The position numbers were made by a program, and so were the translations under genes. A DNA stretch of 64,000 nucleotides, from NCBI GenBank assembly GCA_963832745.1, contig CAWHVC010000005.1, positions 192,001 through 256,000 on the forward strand. The letters are read 5' to 3'. This document shows, one piece after another, positions 49,349-57,872 of the stretch. The notes below the pieces were generated by a model. The model saw only the letters and a list, made by a program, of their open reading frames with translations. It did no database searches and had not been told where the DNA came from. This DNA comes from Candidatus Bathyarchaeota archaeon. GTDB taxonomy: Archaea > Thermoproteota > Bathyarchaeia > Bathyarchaeales > Bathycorpusculaceae. Position 1 is the stretch's first letter; each line of letters opens with the position of its first letter.

Positions 49349-52093
49349 ATGAAACAAAAAATTGTTGCGTTTAGCCTTATGCTAACTCTTTTCATTTTAG
49401 CCCCTATAATATTCGTTAATCCAACAATTGCCAACTCCCCCACTTCAAATGCTGTTCAGAGTATTGGCATGTCGCCTGCTGATTGGCCCCTTTTTCGCCA
49501 TGACGCAGCAAACACTGGTTCCCCCGACAATAACGCGCCAGTAACACATGACCTTCTATGGAGCAAAAACATCTTAGTTGACCAAAATGCTTTCTCCATA
49601 GTCGGTTCATCTCCCGCTATAGTAAATGGGGTAGTCTACATTGGCTCTGATGACGGTTACCTATATGCATTCAATGCTCTTAACGGTGACCAAGTTTGGA
49701 GCCAAAAAGTTGGTGGTTCCTCTGTTTCTTCACCTGCTGTTGTAGATGGCTTGGTTTATGTACGCGACTGGTATGGTAGTGACTACGCTTTTAATGCCTC
49801 CACTGGCAAAGAAGTGTGGACTTATTCGGCTGGTTGGAGTTACTCTTCACCCGCAGTCGATAACGGAATCTATTATGCACGTTCATCTGGATATATTACT
49901 GCCTTAAACGCTTCAACAGGTTCGCTTATTTGGCGTTCAACTCTGTGGGGCAACGGAGATGGCTCTCCAATAATTGTTGACGACACTATTTACTTAGCTG
50001 AATCTGGCTTGGTGTATGCTCTAAATGCACAGGATGGTTCGCTTAAATGGAGCAAAGACCTCCAGTATGCTAGCAACACAGACAACGCCCCTACGGTCTT
50101 CAATGACATTCTTTACATATCTTGCCAAAGTGAAACTTTTTTCGCGTTAGACGCAGAAACAGGCGATTCAATATGGAATTTTACAGCTGGAGCCAGTCCC
50201 CACTCGACCGCAGTAATATCTGACGGTATCCTTTATCTTGGAAGCGGCTTTCACGGTGTTTTCGCTCTTAATGCTGCTACTGGTGCTCAAATTTGGAATT
50301 ACCCAATTTCTCCTGGGATGGGTTCCTCTGTAGCTGTCGCAGGGGAAAACGTCTATTTTGAAGGTACTAACGGTGTTATGTATGCACTAAATACTGTTAC
50401 AGGCCTACAAATATGGAGTTACCCCCTCGGCATTACCGGTACGACCTCTTCGCCCTCAATCGCCAACGGAATTCTATATATAAGAAGCGATAATGGCTAC
50501 ATATTCGCCTTTGGTAAAGCGTCTGCTCCTTCAATTTCTCTCTCCCCCGCATTTGGTCTTCCAGGAACAAATTCTAAAGTGTCTGGAAGCGGCTTCACAG
50601 TTGGCTCAACAATAACAGCAACCTTTTGGAGAAATCCGGTTATATTAAGCAACTCAGCGGTAGATTCATTAGGGCACGTTTCAGCCACTTTTCAAGTTCC
50701 AGATTATTCACCGTACAATTACCCAATAATAGTTGCTGACGCTGCTGGTCTATCTACTTCATCAAACTTTACTATCCTCGGAAACCCAACCACATCTTGG
50801 CCCATGTACATGCATGATCCACAACATTCCGGAACATCCGATAATATTCAGCCAACCAGCCATGACTCGCTTTGGACCTATTCGGTAGATAAGGGTGACA
50901 TTATGAACTCGATAGCATCCTCTGCTGCTGTTGTTGGAGGAATAGTTTATGGTTCCTCGTTGAACGGCTTTGTTTATGCTCTGAACGCTTACACAGGTGT
51001 TTGCTACTGGAAATTCAATGTTGGTGGAACACATTCTTCTCCGGCAGTCGTCAACGGCGTTGTATACGTAGGCGGCAGTAGGGGATTGTACGCAATAAAC
51101 GCTTATACTGGTAACCAAATTTGGGTTTCCTCACAGGCAATAGACGCCTTAATCTCATCTCCAACAGTTTCTGGCGGTCTAGTTTACACCGGTTCTTTTG
51201 CTGAGCGCAGTTTCTATGCTTTCAGTGCCTCAGATGGTCAATTAGTGTGGCAGTTCCAAACGGGGGACTATGCTCAAGGGTCGCCTACAGTAATCGGAAA
51301 TACAGTCTATGCTAGCTCTTATGACGGGTACCTATACGCGTTGGATGCTTTGAATGGTACTTTACTATGGAAATATAAATGTGTGGAGTCCGGTGACTCG
51401 TTATATAATTCGCCGTCAGTTGTTGATGAAGTTGCATATGTTGTCACGTACAAAGGCCGCCTCTTAGCTTTAGATGCATATACTGGAAACAAAATTTGGA
51501 ACCAAACAATTGCCCAGGCAGGTCCTAGTTCATTGCCGGTTTACTCGAATGGGACACTATATCTTTCTACTCAAAATGGCGTTTATGCTCTCGATGCAAG
51601 TTCGGGACAAGAAATTTGGTGCTCGACTTTATCTCAGGTAAGTGTCTCTCCCGCCATAGTTGGAGATGTGCTATACGCAGGGTCATCTGACGGCTGTGTA
51701 AGCGCAATAAATACGTCGACAGGAACCACATTATGGCAGTATCAAACAGGCAGCTATCTTAGAGCGCCAGTATCAATAGCAAATGGGGGCATCTATTTTG
51801 GAACAGCATCTGGCAAAATTTGTGCAATAGGCTCTCCATTGAATCAACCGACTCCATCCCCCACGTCTACGACAACACAAATCCCTTCAACAACCCCTGC
51901 CTCCACAGCCGCCTCATCCACTTCAACAGCCTCTTCAACTTCAAACCCCTCTACCCAACAACCAACTAACAATGTAGATGATGTTCCTCATGCTCCAGAA
52001 TCGCCAGTTGTTTTAATCATCGGCGGCCTAATAGGTTCAATCGTAGTTGCTGGATACGTAAGATTAACAAAAAACAAGCGGAAAATAACCTAG
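49349..52093 (+). CDS. Surface protein with two PQQ/BamB beta-propellers and a central Ig/IPT domain
   Basis: Repeated SSPAV..G.VY.GS.DG..YA.NA.TG...W; two WP.F/Y.HD starts; S/T linker; C-terminal TM. Confidence 0.9.
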   Translation: MKQKIVAFSLMLTLFILAPIIFVNPTIANSPTSNAVQSIGMSPADWPLFRHDAANTGSPDNNAPVTHDLLWSKNILVDQNAFSIVGSSPAIVNGVVYIGSDDGYLYAFNALNGDQVWSQKVGGSSVSSPAVVDGLVYVRDWYGSDYAFNASTGKEVWTYSAGWSYSSPAVDNGIYYARSSGYITALNASTGSLIWRSTLWGNGDGSPIIVDDTIYLAESGLVYALNAQDGSLKWSKDLQYASNTDNAPTVFNDILYISCQSETFFALDAETGDSIWNFTAGASPHSTAVISDGILYLGSGFHGVFALNAATGAQIWNYPISPGMGSSVAVAGENVYFEGTNGVMYALNTVTGLQIWSYPLGITGTTSSPSIANGILYIRSDNGYIFAFGKASAPSISLSPAFGLPGTNSKVSGSGFTVGSTITATFWRNPVILSNSAVDSLGHVSATFQVPDYSPYNYPIIVADAAGLSTSSNFTILGNPTTSWPMYMHDPQHSGTSDNIQPTSHDSLWTYSVDKGDIMNSIASSAAVVGGIVYGSSLNGFVYALNAYTGVCYWKFNVGGTHSSPAVVNGVVYVGGSRGLYAINAYTGNQIWVSSQAIDALISSPTVSGGLVYTGSFAERSFYAFSASDGQLVWQFQTGDYAQGSPTVIGNTVYASSYDGYLYALDALNGTLLWKYKCVESGDSLYNSPSVVDEVAYVVTYKGRLLALDAYTGNKIWNQTIAQAGPSSLPVYSNGTLYLSTQNGVYALDASSGQEIWCSTLSQVSVSPAIVGDVLYAGSSDGCVSAINTSTGTTLWQYQTGSYLRAPVSIANGGIYFGTASGKICAIGSPLNQPTPSPTSTTTQIPSTTPASTAASSTSTASSTSNPSTQQPTNNVDDVPHAPESPVVLIIGGLIGSIVVAGYVRLTKNKRKIT

Positions 52094-52145
52094 CGGGCTG
52101 GCCCAAAAACCATTGTATTTATTTTAGTGCTTTATCATTTTAGGG

Positions 52146-53033
52146 TTGATGTCAGGCAAAGAGTTTTTCCTAAACCGTTACGAGCAACTGGGCTGGAAAT
52201 ATCTACCAGTTAAGCTGCGGCAAGCCATACGTTTCAACCAAACCAACGTTAAAGGGCAAGATTTAGTTTTGCGGCTATCCAGTTTAGGGGTGAATCTGGA
52301 AAAAATCAGTTTCTTGCCTCAGGGCTACTGGGTTTTGGATTCAAACGTTTCTGTAGGTGCCACAGCCGAGTACTTGCTGGGTTTGTATTCGGTGCAGGAA
52401 GCCGCCGCCCAAATCCCAGTCACATTATTCACCAACCTGAAAGACAAAAAGGTGCTTGACGCTTCAGCAGCACCCGGCGGAAAAACCGTGCAGTTAGCAG
52501 ACAACATGGAAAACACGGGCAGCATAATCGCAATAGACATTAACAAACGCCGCTTAACCGCCTTAAGCAACCATCTGGAACGTTGCCACGTGAAAAACAC
52601 GGTTGTTTATCAGCTTGACGCCCGAAACGCGCCAAAAATGGCTTTAAAATTCAACCGAATACTTGTTGATGCTCCGTGCAGCGGCAACTTTGCAGGTGAC
52701 TCTGACTGGTTCCAAAATCGCACCATGCAAGATGTTGAACGCAACGCCCGAGTGCAACGCGAAATGCTCATGAAAGCCTCCGAATGCCTAACCCCAGACG
52801 GAGAAATTGTTTACTCAACCTGCTCATTGGAGCCCGAAGAGGACGAATTAAACATGGATTGGGCAATAAACAGGCTGGACCTGCAAATAGCCGAAATAAA
52901 TTGCCCCGGAACTCCCGGGTTAACCAACATTTTCGGCAAACAATTAGACCCGTCAGTTGCGTTTTGCCGCAGGTTTTGGCCTGACCAGACGCAAGGCTTT
53001 TTTGTATGTAAACTTGTGAGGCGCAATGCATGA
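52146..53033 (+). CDS. RsmB/NOP2-family RNA m5C methyltransferase
   Basis: VLDASAAPGGKT, DAPCSG, VYSTCS...EDE. Confidence 0.92.
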   Translation: MMSGKEFFLNRYEQLGWKYLPVKLRQAIRFNQTNVKGQDLVLRLSSLGVNLEKISFLPQGYWVLDSNVSVGATAEYLLGLYSVQEAAAQIPVTLFTNLKDKKVLDASAAPGGKTVQLADNMENTGSIIAIDINKRRLTALSNHLERCHVKNTVVYQLDARNAPKMALKFNRILVDAPCSGNFAGDSDWFQNRTMQDVERNARVQREMLMKASECLTPDGEIVYSTCSLEPEEDELNMDWAINRLDLQIAEINCPGTPGLTNIFGKQLDPSVAFCRRFWPDQTQGFFVCKLVRRNA

Positions 53034-53509
53034 AAGCGAAGGCAGTTTTGGATTTTGCTTTGCAGTTTGGCGTAAAAATTAACTTCAACGAGGACCTAAT
53101 AGTTCAGCAGGATGGACGCTTTTTCCTGTTAAACAGCCAAATTAAACCTCTTGTTAAAGCTGACTTCTTTTACGCTGGTACTTTTTTGGGTAAAGTTAAG
53201 GCGGGCAAATTCTTTCCAAGCTTCAACCTGCTCTTGATGCTTGCACAGCAGGAAGCAAATCGTGTTGTTGTTGACAGAAAAGCTGGTTGGCTGTTCATCT
53301 GTGGCAGAGACATCTTTAAGAAGGGTATAATTCGAACGCATGGTCAGGTTAGGCGTAACTGTCATGTTTTGGTGCTTAACGAATTTGGTGAATGTCTTGG
53401 GTTTGGCAGGGTCCTATCTGGGATGGAGCAGCAGGTGGAAAAGGGAGCGGTTGCGGTGGCTAATGTGTTGGATGTGGGTGACTTTTTGCGTCGTGAGCGG
53501 GGTTTATAG
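53030..53509 (+). CDS. Nip7-like PUA-domain protein
   Basis: LFICGRDIF...LVLNEFGECLGFG...DVGDFLRRE; ATGA overlap with the methyltransferase. Confidence 0.8.
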   Translation: MKAKAVLDFALQFGVKINFNEDLIVQQDGRFFLLNSQIKPLVKADFFYAGTFLGKVKAGKFFPSFNLLLMLAQQEANRVVVDRKAGWLFICGRDIFKKGIIRTHGQVRRNCHVLVLNEFGECLGFGRVLSGMEQQVEKGAVAVANVLDVGDFLRRERGL

Positions 53510-53722
53510 GTGTTGTCGGTTGTTTATTGTTTAGCGGTTTGTTTGTTCTAACTGTGCCTGCGAGGCTGTTTAGTTAGCACACTATTTCAACAAAACTTTG
53601 ACCCATTGAACATTTATCTAATACAGTTAGCGATAAACTTATATATGTTTACGTTTAACATGTTTTCCATAACATCTGGAAACGGGATAGCAAGCTTATA
53701 TAAAAAGGGAGACAGCAATTAA

Positions 53723-55087
53723 ATGAAGAATTTCAAAGATGCAGTTTGGAAAGAGAATGTAACCCAAGTTGTTAAAACAATCCAAGAGAAAGACATCAAA
53801 TTCGTCAGGCTTCAATTTACCGACATAAACGGTATGTTGAAAAACCTTGCCGTAAGCTCCAAAAACATTGAAAGTATTTTTGAAAACGGACAATCATTCG
53901 ACGGGTCCTCAATTACCGGTTACAGGCCAATTGAAGAATCCGACATGGTTCTGTACCCAGACCCAACAACCTTCGCTATACTGCCATGGCGTCCAAAAGA
54001 AAAATCCTCCTGCAGACTAATCTGCGACATATACACGCCACAAAACAAACGCTTTGAAGGAGACCCACGCTACATTCTCGAAAGAGCAGTAGAAAAAGCA
54101 CACAAAGCAGGATACACTTACATATGCGCTCCAGAACTCGAATTCTTCATCGTAAAAGAAGCAGAGAACGGCGGATTACCAACACCAATCGACCTAGCAG
54201 GATACTTTGACTTCCACCCAGGCGACCTCACAGATGACCTCAGACGTGAAATCGCCGACACAGCAGAAGCATTCGGCATAGAAATCGAAATCAGCCACCA
54301 CGAAGTAGCCTTAGGCCAAAACGAAATCGACTTCAAATACGGCGAAGCCCTCGTCACAGCTGACCGCGCAATCACCATGAAAATGTGCGGAAAAGTAGTA
54401 GCTGCACGAGCAGGATACATGGCCACTTACATGCCAAAACCATTCCAAGGAATCAACGGCAGCGGCATGCACTGTCACCAAAGCCTCTGGAGTGCCGACG
54501 GCGCAGCAAACATGTTTTACTCCGAAAGCGCCAAAAACGGTTACCTCTCAGATCTTGCACGCAACTTCATCGGTGGACAACTCGCCCATGGACGAAAAAT
54601 GTGTGCAGTCCTTAACAGTTGGCCAAACAGCTTCAAACGATTAGTTCCAGGATACGAAGCACCAGTCTATCTTGCATGGGCACACAAGAACCGCAGCCCA
54701 CTTATCCGTGTACCTAACTTTGGCGGAAGAAAAAGCGCTGCAAGATGCGAAATCAGATGCCCAGACGGCGCCGGCAACCCGTACCTGCAATTTGCTGTAC
54801 TCTTAGCAGCAGGCCTTGACGGTATCAAGAACAAGACTGACCCAGGCGACCCAGTAGAACTAAACGTTTACCACATGAGCTATGAAGAACGCAAAGACCG
54901 CGGAATTGTTTCACTGCCGGAATCACTCAAAGAAGCACTCGACGAATTTGAAACCAGCGACCTCATGAAAGAAACCCTTGGCGAAACAGCCTTTGAAAAC
55001 TTCCTTAAAGAAAAACGCCGCGAATGGGACGCATACAGACTACAAGTCACCGAGTGGGAAGTTAACCGTTACATCAAACGACTCTAA
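53723..55087 (+). CDS. glnA: Glutamine synthetase type I
   Basis: FDGSSI, PELEFF, HHEVA.GQNEIDF, MPKP..GINGSGMH, RLVPGYEAP, NRSPLIRVP. Confidence 0.96.
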   Translation: MKNFKDAVWKENVTQVVKTIQEKDIKFVRLQFTDINGMLKNLAVSSKNIESIFENGQSFDGSSITGYRPIEESDMVLYPDPTTFAILPWRPKEKSSCRLICDIYTPQNKRFEGDPRYILERAVEKAHKAGYTYICAPELEFFIVKEAENGGLPTPIDLAGYFDFHPGDLTDDLRREIADTAEAFGIEIEISHHEVALGQNEIDFKYGEALVTADRAITMKMCGKVVAARAGYMATYMPKPFQGINGSGMHCHQSLWSADGAANMFYSESAKNGYLSDLARNFIGGQLAHGRKMCAVLNSWPNSFKRLVPGYEAPVYLAWAHKNRSPLIRVPNFGGRKSAARCEIRCPDGAGNPYLQFAVLLAAGLDGIKNKTDPGDPVELNVYHMSYEERKDRGIVSLPESLKEALDEFETSDLMKETLGETAFENFLKEKRREWDAYRLQVTEWEVNRYIKRL

Positions 55088-55099
55088 AACCACAAAAAA

Positions 55100-55118
55100 G
55101 TAAGCCTTTTTGGCTTAC
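55100..55118. terminator. Short hairpin between convergent glnA and hisS
   Basis: GTAAGCC-N5-GGCTTAC flanked by A/T tracts. Confidence 0.35.
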
Positions 55119-55142
55119 AACAAAACTTCTTTTTTAAAAAAT

Positions 55143-56417
55143 TTATTTTTTGATTTTTTCAAGCAAACCTGTGATTGGAACTGTTGTTTGTTCATGTTTT
55201 TTTAGGTCTTTAACAACCACTGTGCCCTCTTTAAGTTCGCGTTCGCCAACGATAACAGCGTAATCAAGGCTACGTTTGTCTGCCGCTTCTAATGCTTTGC
55301 CCATTTTGCGTCCCATAACCTCGAATTCTACCGAAACACCTTCATTGCGCAGAGACTGTGCAATTTTTAATGCTTCAGTCTTTACTGATTCAGTGATTGG
55401 GATTACCACTGCATGTTTTTCCTCTTTAGTTGATAGGGCTGTGTTTTGGGTTTGAAGCGCAATTGCTATTCGGTCTATTCCATGTGCGCAGCCGACTGCG
55501 GGGGTGGATTCTCCTCCGAATGCTTCGATTAATCGGTCGTATCTTCCTCCGCCTCCAAGAGCAATTTCCAACTGTGGAATGTAGATTTCGAAAATCATGC
55601 CCGTATAGTATTCGAGGCCACGAGCGAAGGCTGGGTCAACAGTTAAACAAAGTTCAGTACTTGAAGTGATAAGCGTTAGGATTTCAGATAGGTTTTCGGC
55701 TGCTGCTTTAGCGTTCTCGTAACCAGAAACTAAGGCTTTAACTTGTTCAATCGTGTCACGCCAATCTTTTCCTTTAATGTCAATTAAGCCCTGAAGTGTT
55801 GTTCGGCATTTTTCGGATTCTACAAGCTTAAGCGCTAAGTCATACTCTTTTTTGTCCATGCGCTGCAGAACTGCGTTTTGAGTTTTCTCGTCAACTCCAT
55901 CTTGGCTTAGAATGCCGCGGATGACGCCGATGTGACCAATCTTGAAAGCGTACCCTTGCAATCCAAGTGCCCACATGAAACGGTTGGTTAGTAGGACGAT
56001 TTCGGTGTCTGCTTCTGGCTTGTTTGAACCCATTAATTCAAAGTTTGACTGCCAAAACTCCCTGTACCTGCCCCGTTGAGGTTCGTCATACCTGTAAACG
56101 GTGCCTACACTAAACAGTCGTAGCGGTTTTGGCTCATTTTTCAGGGCTGTCGTGGCTAAACGCGCGATTGAAGCGGTGAATTCTGGGCGTAAGGCAACTT
56201 GGCGTTTTCCTAAGTCTTCAAAAATGAACATTCTTTGGCGTATTTCGTCGCCTGATTTGGCGCTTAACAATTCTAAGGGTTCAACGTGTGGGGTGATGGC
56301 TTCTTTGAATCCGAAAAGATTGGCGGTTTCGCGTGCTTTTGTTATTACATGGGTGAATGTTTGGGCTTCTTGGCCAAGTAAATCTCGCATTCCGCGGACT
56401 GTCTGGAAAGATGGCAT
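55143..56417 (-). CDS. hisS: Histidine--tRNA ligase
   Basis: RGMRD, LRPEFTASIAR, YRYDEPQRGRYREF, RGLEYYTG, GGGRYD. Confidence 0.96.
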   Translation of the reverse strand: MPSFQTVRGMRDLLGQEAQTFTHVITKARETANLFGFKEAITPHVEPLELLSAKSGDEIRQRMFIFEDLGKRQVALRPEFTASIARLATTALKNEPKPLRLFSVGTVYRYDEPQRGRYREFWQSNFELMGSNKPEADTEIVLLTNRFMWALGLQGYAFKIGHIGVIRGILSQDGVDEKTQNAVLQRMDKKEYDLALKLVESEKCRTTLQGLIDIKGKDWRDTIEQVKALVSGYENAKAAAENLSEILTLITSSTELCLTVDPAFARGLEYYTGMIFEIYIPQLEIALGGGGRYDRLIEAFGGESTPAVGCAHGIDRIAIALQTQNTALSTKEEKHAVVIPITESVKTEALKIAQSLRNEGVSVEFEVMGRKMGKALEAADKRSLDYAVIVGERELKEGTVVVKDLKKHEQTTVPITGLLEKIKK

Positions 56418-56627
56418 ACAACAACTTCCTTTTTCTGTAAGTTTAACTTGGTTATTGATGATGCACTTATTCTTTTAAACTCTATCTTAAACCTGCTATA
56501 AGTTTGTCAGCCTATTTAGGCTCTAATAGTCAATCATTGCAGAAAAGGATATAGAGAAACCACTAACGTTAACCTATTTGTTCATTGGATTAGCTGGAAA
56601 AACAAGAGTTTTAGAATTTTCCAAGAA

Positions 56628-56765
56628 CTACCCCACATGGTGACCAACCACGTCTTCGCCGTGAAACTCGCTGTGTTCTCTGCGCAGATGCTCCAAGTGA
56701 ACTCCGTGCAGATGAGCTTCGACGGCTTCTTTTAGGGGGAAAAGTTTGCCGCATTCAGGACACAT
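56628..56765 (-). CDS. C2H2 zinc-finger microprotein with His-rich tail (not in ORF track)
   Basis: (F)MCPECGKLFPLKEAVEAHLHGVHLEHLRREHSEFHGEDVVGHHVG. Confidence 0.65.
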   Translation of the reverse strand: MCPECGKLFPLKEAVEAHLHGVHLEHLRREHSEFHGEDVVGHHVG

Positions 56766-56970
56766 AAACTGGTTCCGGTTAACCTCAACAGCTGAGTATC
56801 GTGCCCAGCTGTATGTTTGGGTTCAGTGTTAACTGACTGAATAATTGAAGCCAAAAATTTACACCTCAAAAAATTCTAGCCACTTCGCATGCAATGAACA
56901 TATGTGATAAACACCAAACAGTCACATAAATCATTAATTTGAAACTCGCAGGTGACAAAATGAAGAAGCT

Positions 56971-57110
56971 GCCTATTTGAAGCCTATTAGAGGTTCTATG
57001 TTAAAACCTATAGAGGGTAGGGTGAAACCAGCCTAAAAAGGCAAAACACTAAGGGGGTAGGTGCTAATGGCTGAAAAACAAACCAAAGTATGTTGAAAAA
57101 CTAAAAAAAG
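56971..57110 (+). repeat. Dispersed intergenic repeat, longest copy
   Basis: Aligns by eye to the reverse complement of 49130-49230 and to 42084-42165. Confidence 0.7.
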
Positions 57111-57114
57111 ATGG

Positions 57115-57858
57115 TTAGGCTTCAAGCAACGTCTTTAACAATCTAATTGCTGACCACGCTGCCAACGCGCTTGTGTGTGGGTTGTCTGGGTGTGGGTCGT
57201 TGGCAAATTGCATGTGCATTTCCCCGTAGCGCCATTTGACGTTGATTTCGTGTGTGTTGCGTTTGACTTTTGGGTCGGAGACTACTTGGACTTTGACTTT
57301 TGCGGGTTTTACTGTTAGGGCTAAGGTGGCAGCGACGTTCATTTCACGGGGGAATTTTTGTGCGGCTTCTTTTGCGTAGCCTTCGTAAACGATGAGTTCT
57401 TCAGTGTTGTCTTTACCGAGGGCTTTAGGAGGTTTATGTGTGGTTAACGTGATTTCTTCAATGCCAGCTATTGCAGCACTCGAAAGCGCGTCTAAACCGC
57501 CGATTGCACCTGCTGGAAAATGAACACGCGGACTTGAAGTGTCAAGATTAAGCAATGCACCTGTGCTCATGACAATAAAGTCAACGTCAGCAGCTACAAG
57601 TTTATCAAAGTATTCAGTGACAGCTTTCTGGGAAGCAGCTTCCACAACCACTTTAGGCTTCTGCGCAAGCAAAGTATCTACGCTATCAACTACTTTGACT
57701 GGAAACTGCAGTTTACTTTTTAGGTTTTGAGCACGCAGTTGGTCCACGTCATAAACAACTAGTTCTTCACATTTTACGAGTTCACGCTGAACTGCTTCAG
57801 CAAGTACGGTGCCGATTGCGCCAGCGCCGATTAAACCAACACGTTTAGGTTTAGCCAT
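57115..57858 (-). CDS. nadX: L-aspartate dehydrogenase
   Basis: GAGAIG, VVEAASQ, SGA-like AGAIGGLD, KPP, FPREMNVAA, NP.TSALAA. Confidence 0.88.
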   Translation of the reverse strand: MAKPKRVGLIGAGAIGTVLAEAVQRELVKCEELVVYDVDQLRAQNLKSKLQFPVKVVDSVDTLLAQKPKVVVEAASQKAVTEYFDKLVAADVDFIVMSTGALLNLDTSSPRVHFPAGAIGGLDALSSAAIAGIEEITLTTHKPPKALGKDNTEELIVYEGYAKEAAQKFPREMNVAATLALTVKPAKVKVQVVSDPKVKRNTHEINVKWRYGEMHMQFANDPHPDNPHTSALAAWSAIRLLKTLLEA

Positions 57859-57872
57859 GTTTTTTTCGCCTT

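Noticed and set aside
27781-52093. Calling the beta-propeller proteins PQQ-dependent dehydrogenases
   Set aside because: Only structural repeat motifs are visible; I cannot identify quinoprotein catalytic signatures, and no pqq genes are in the window
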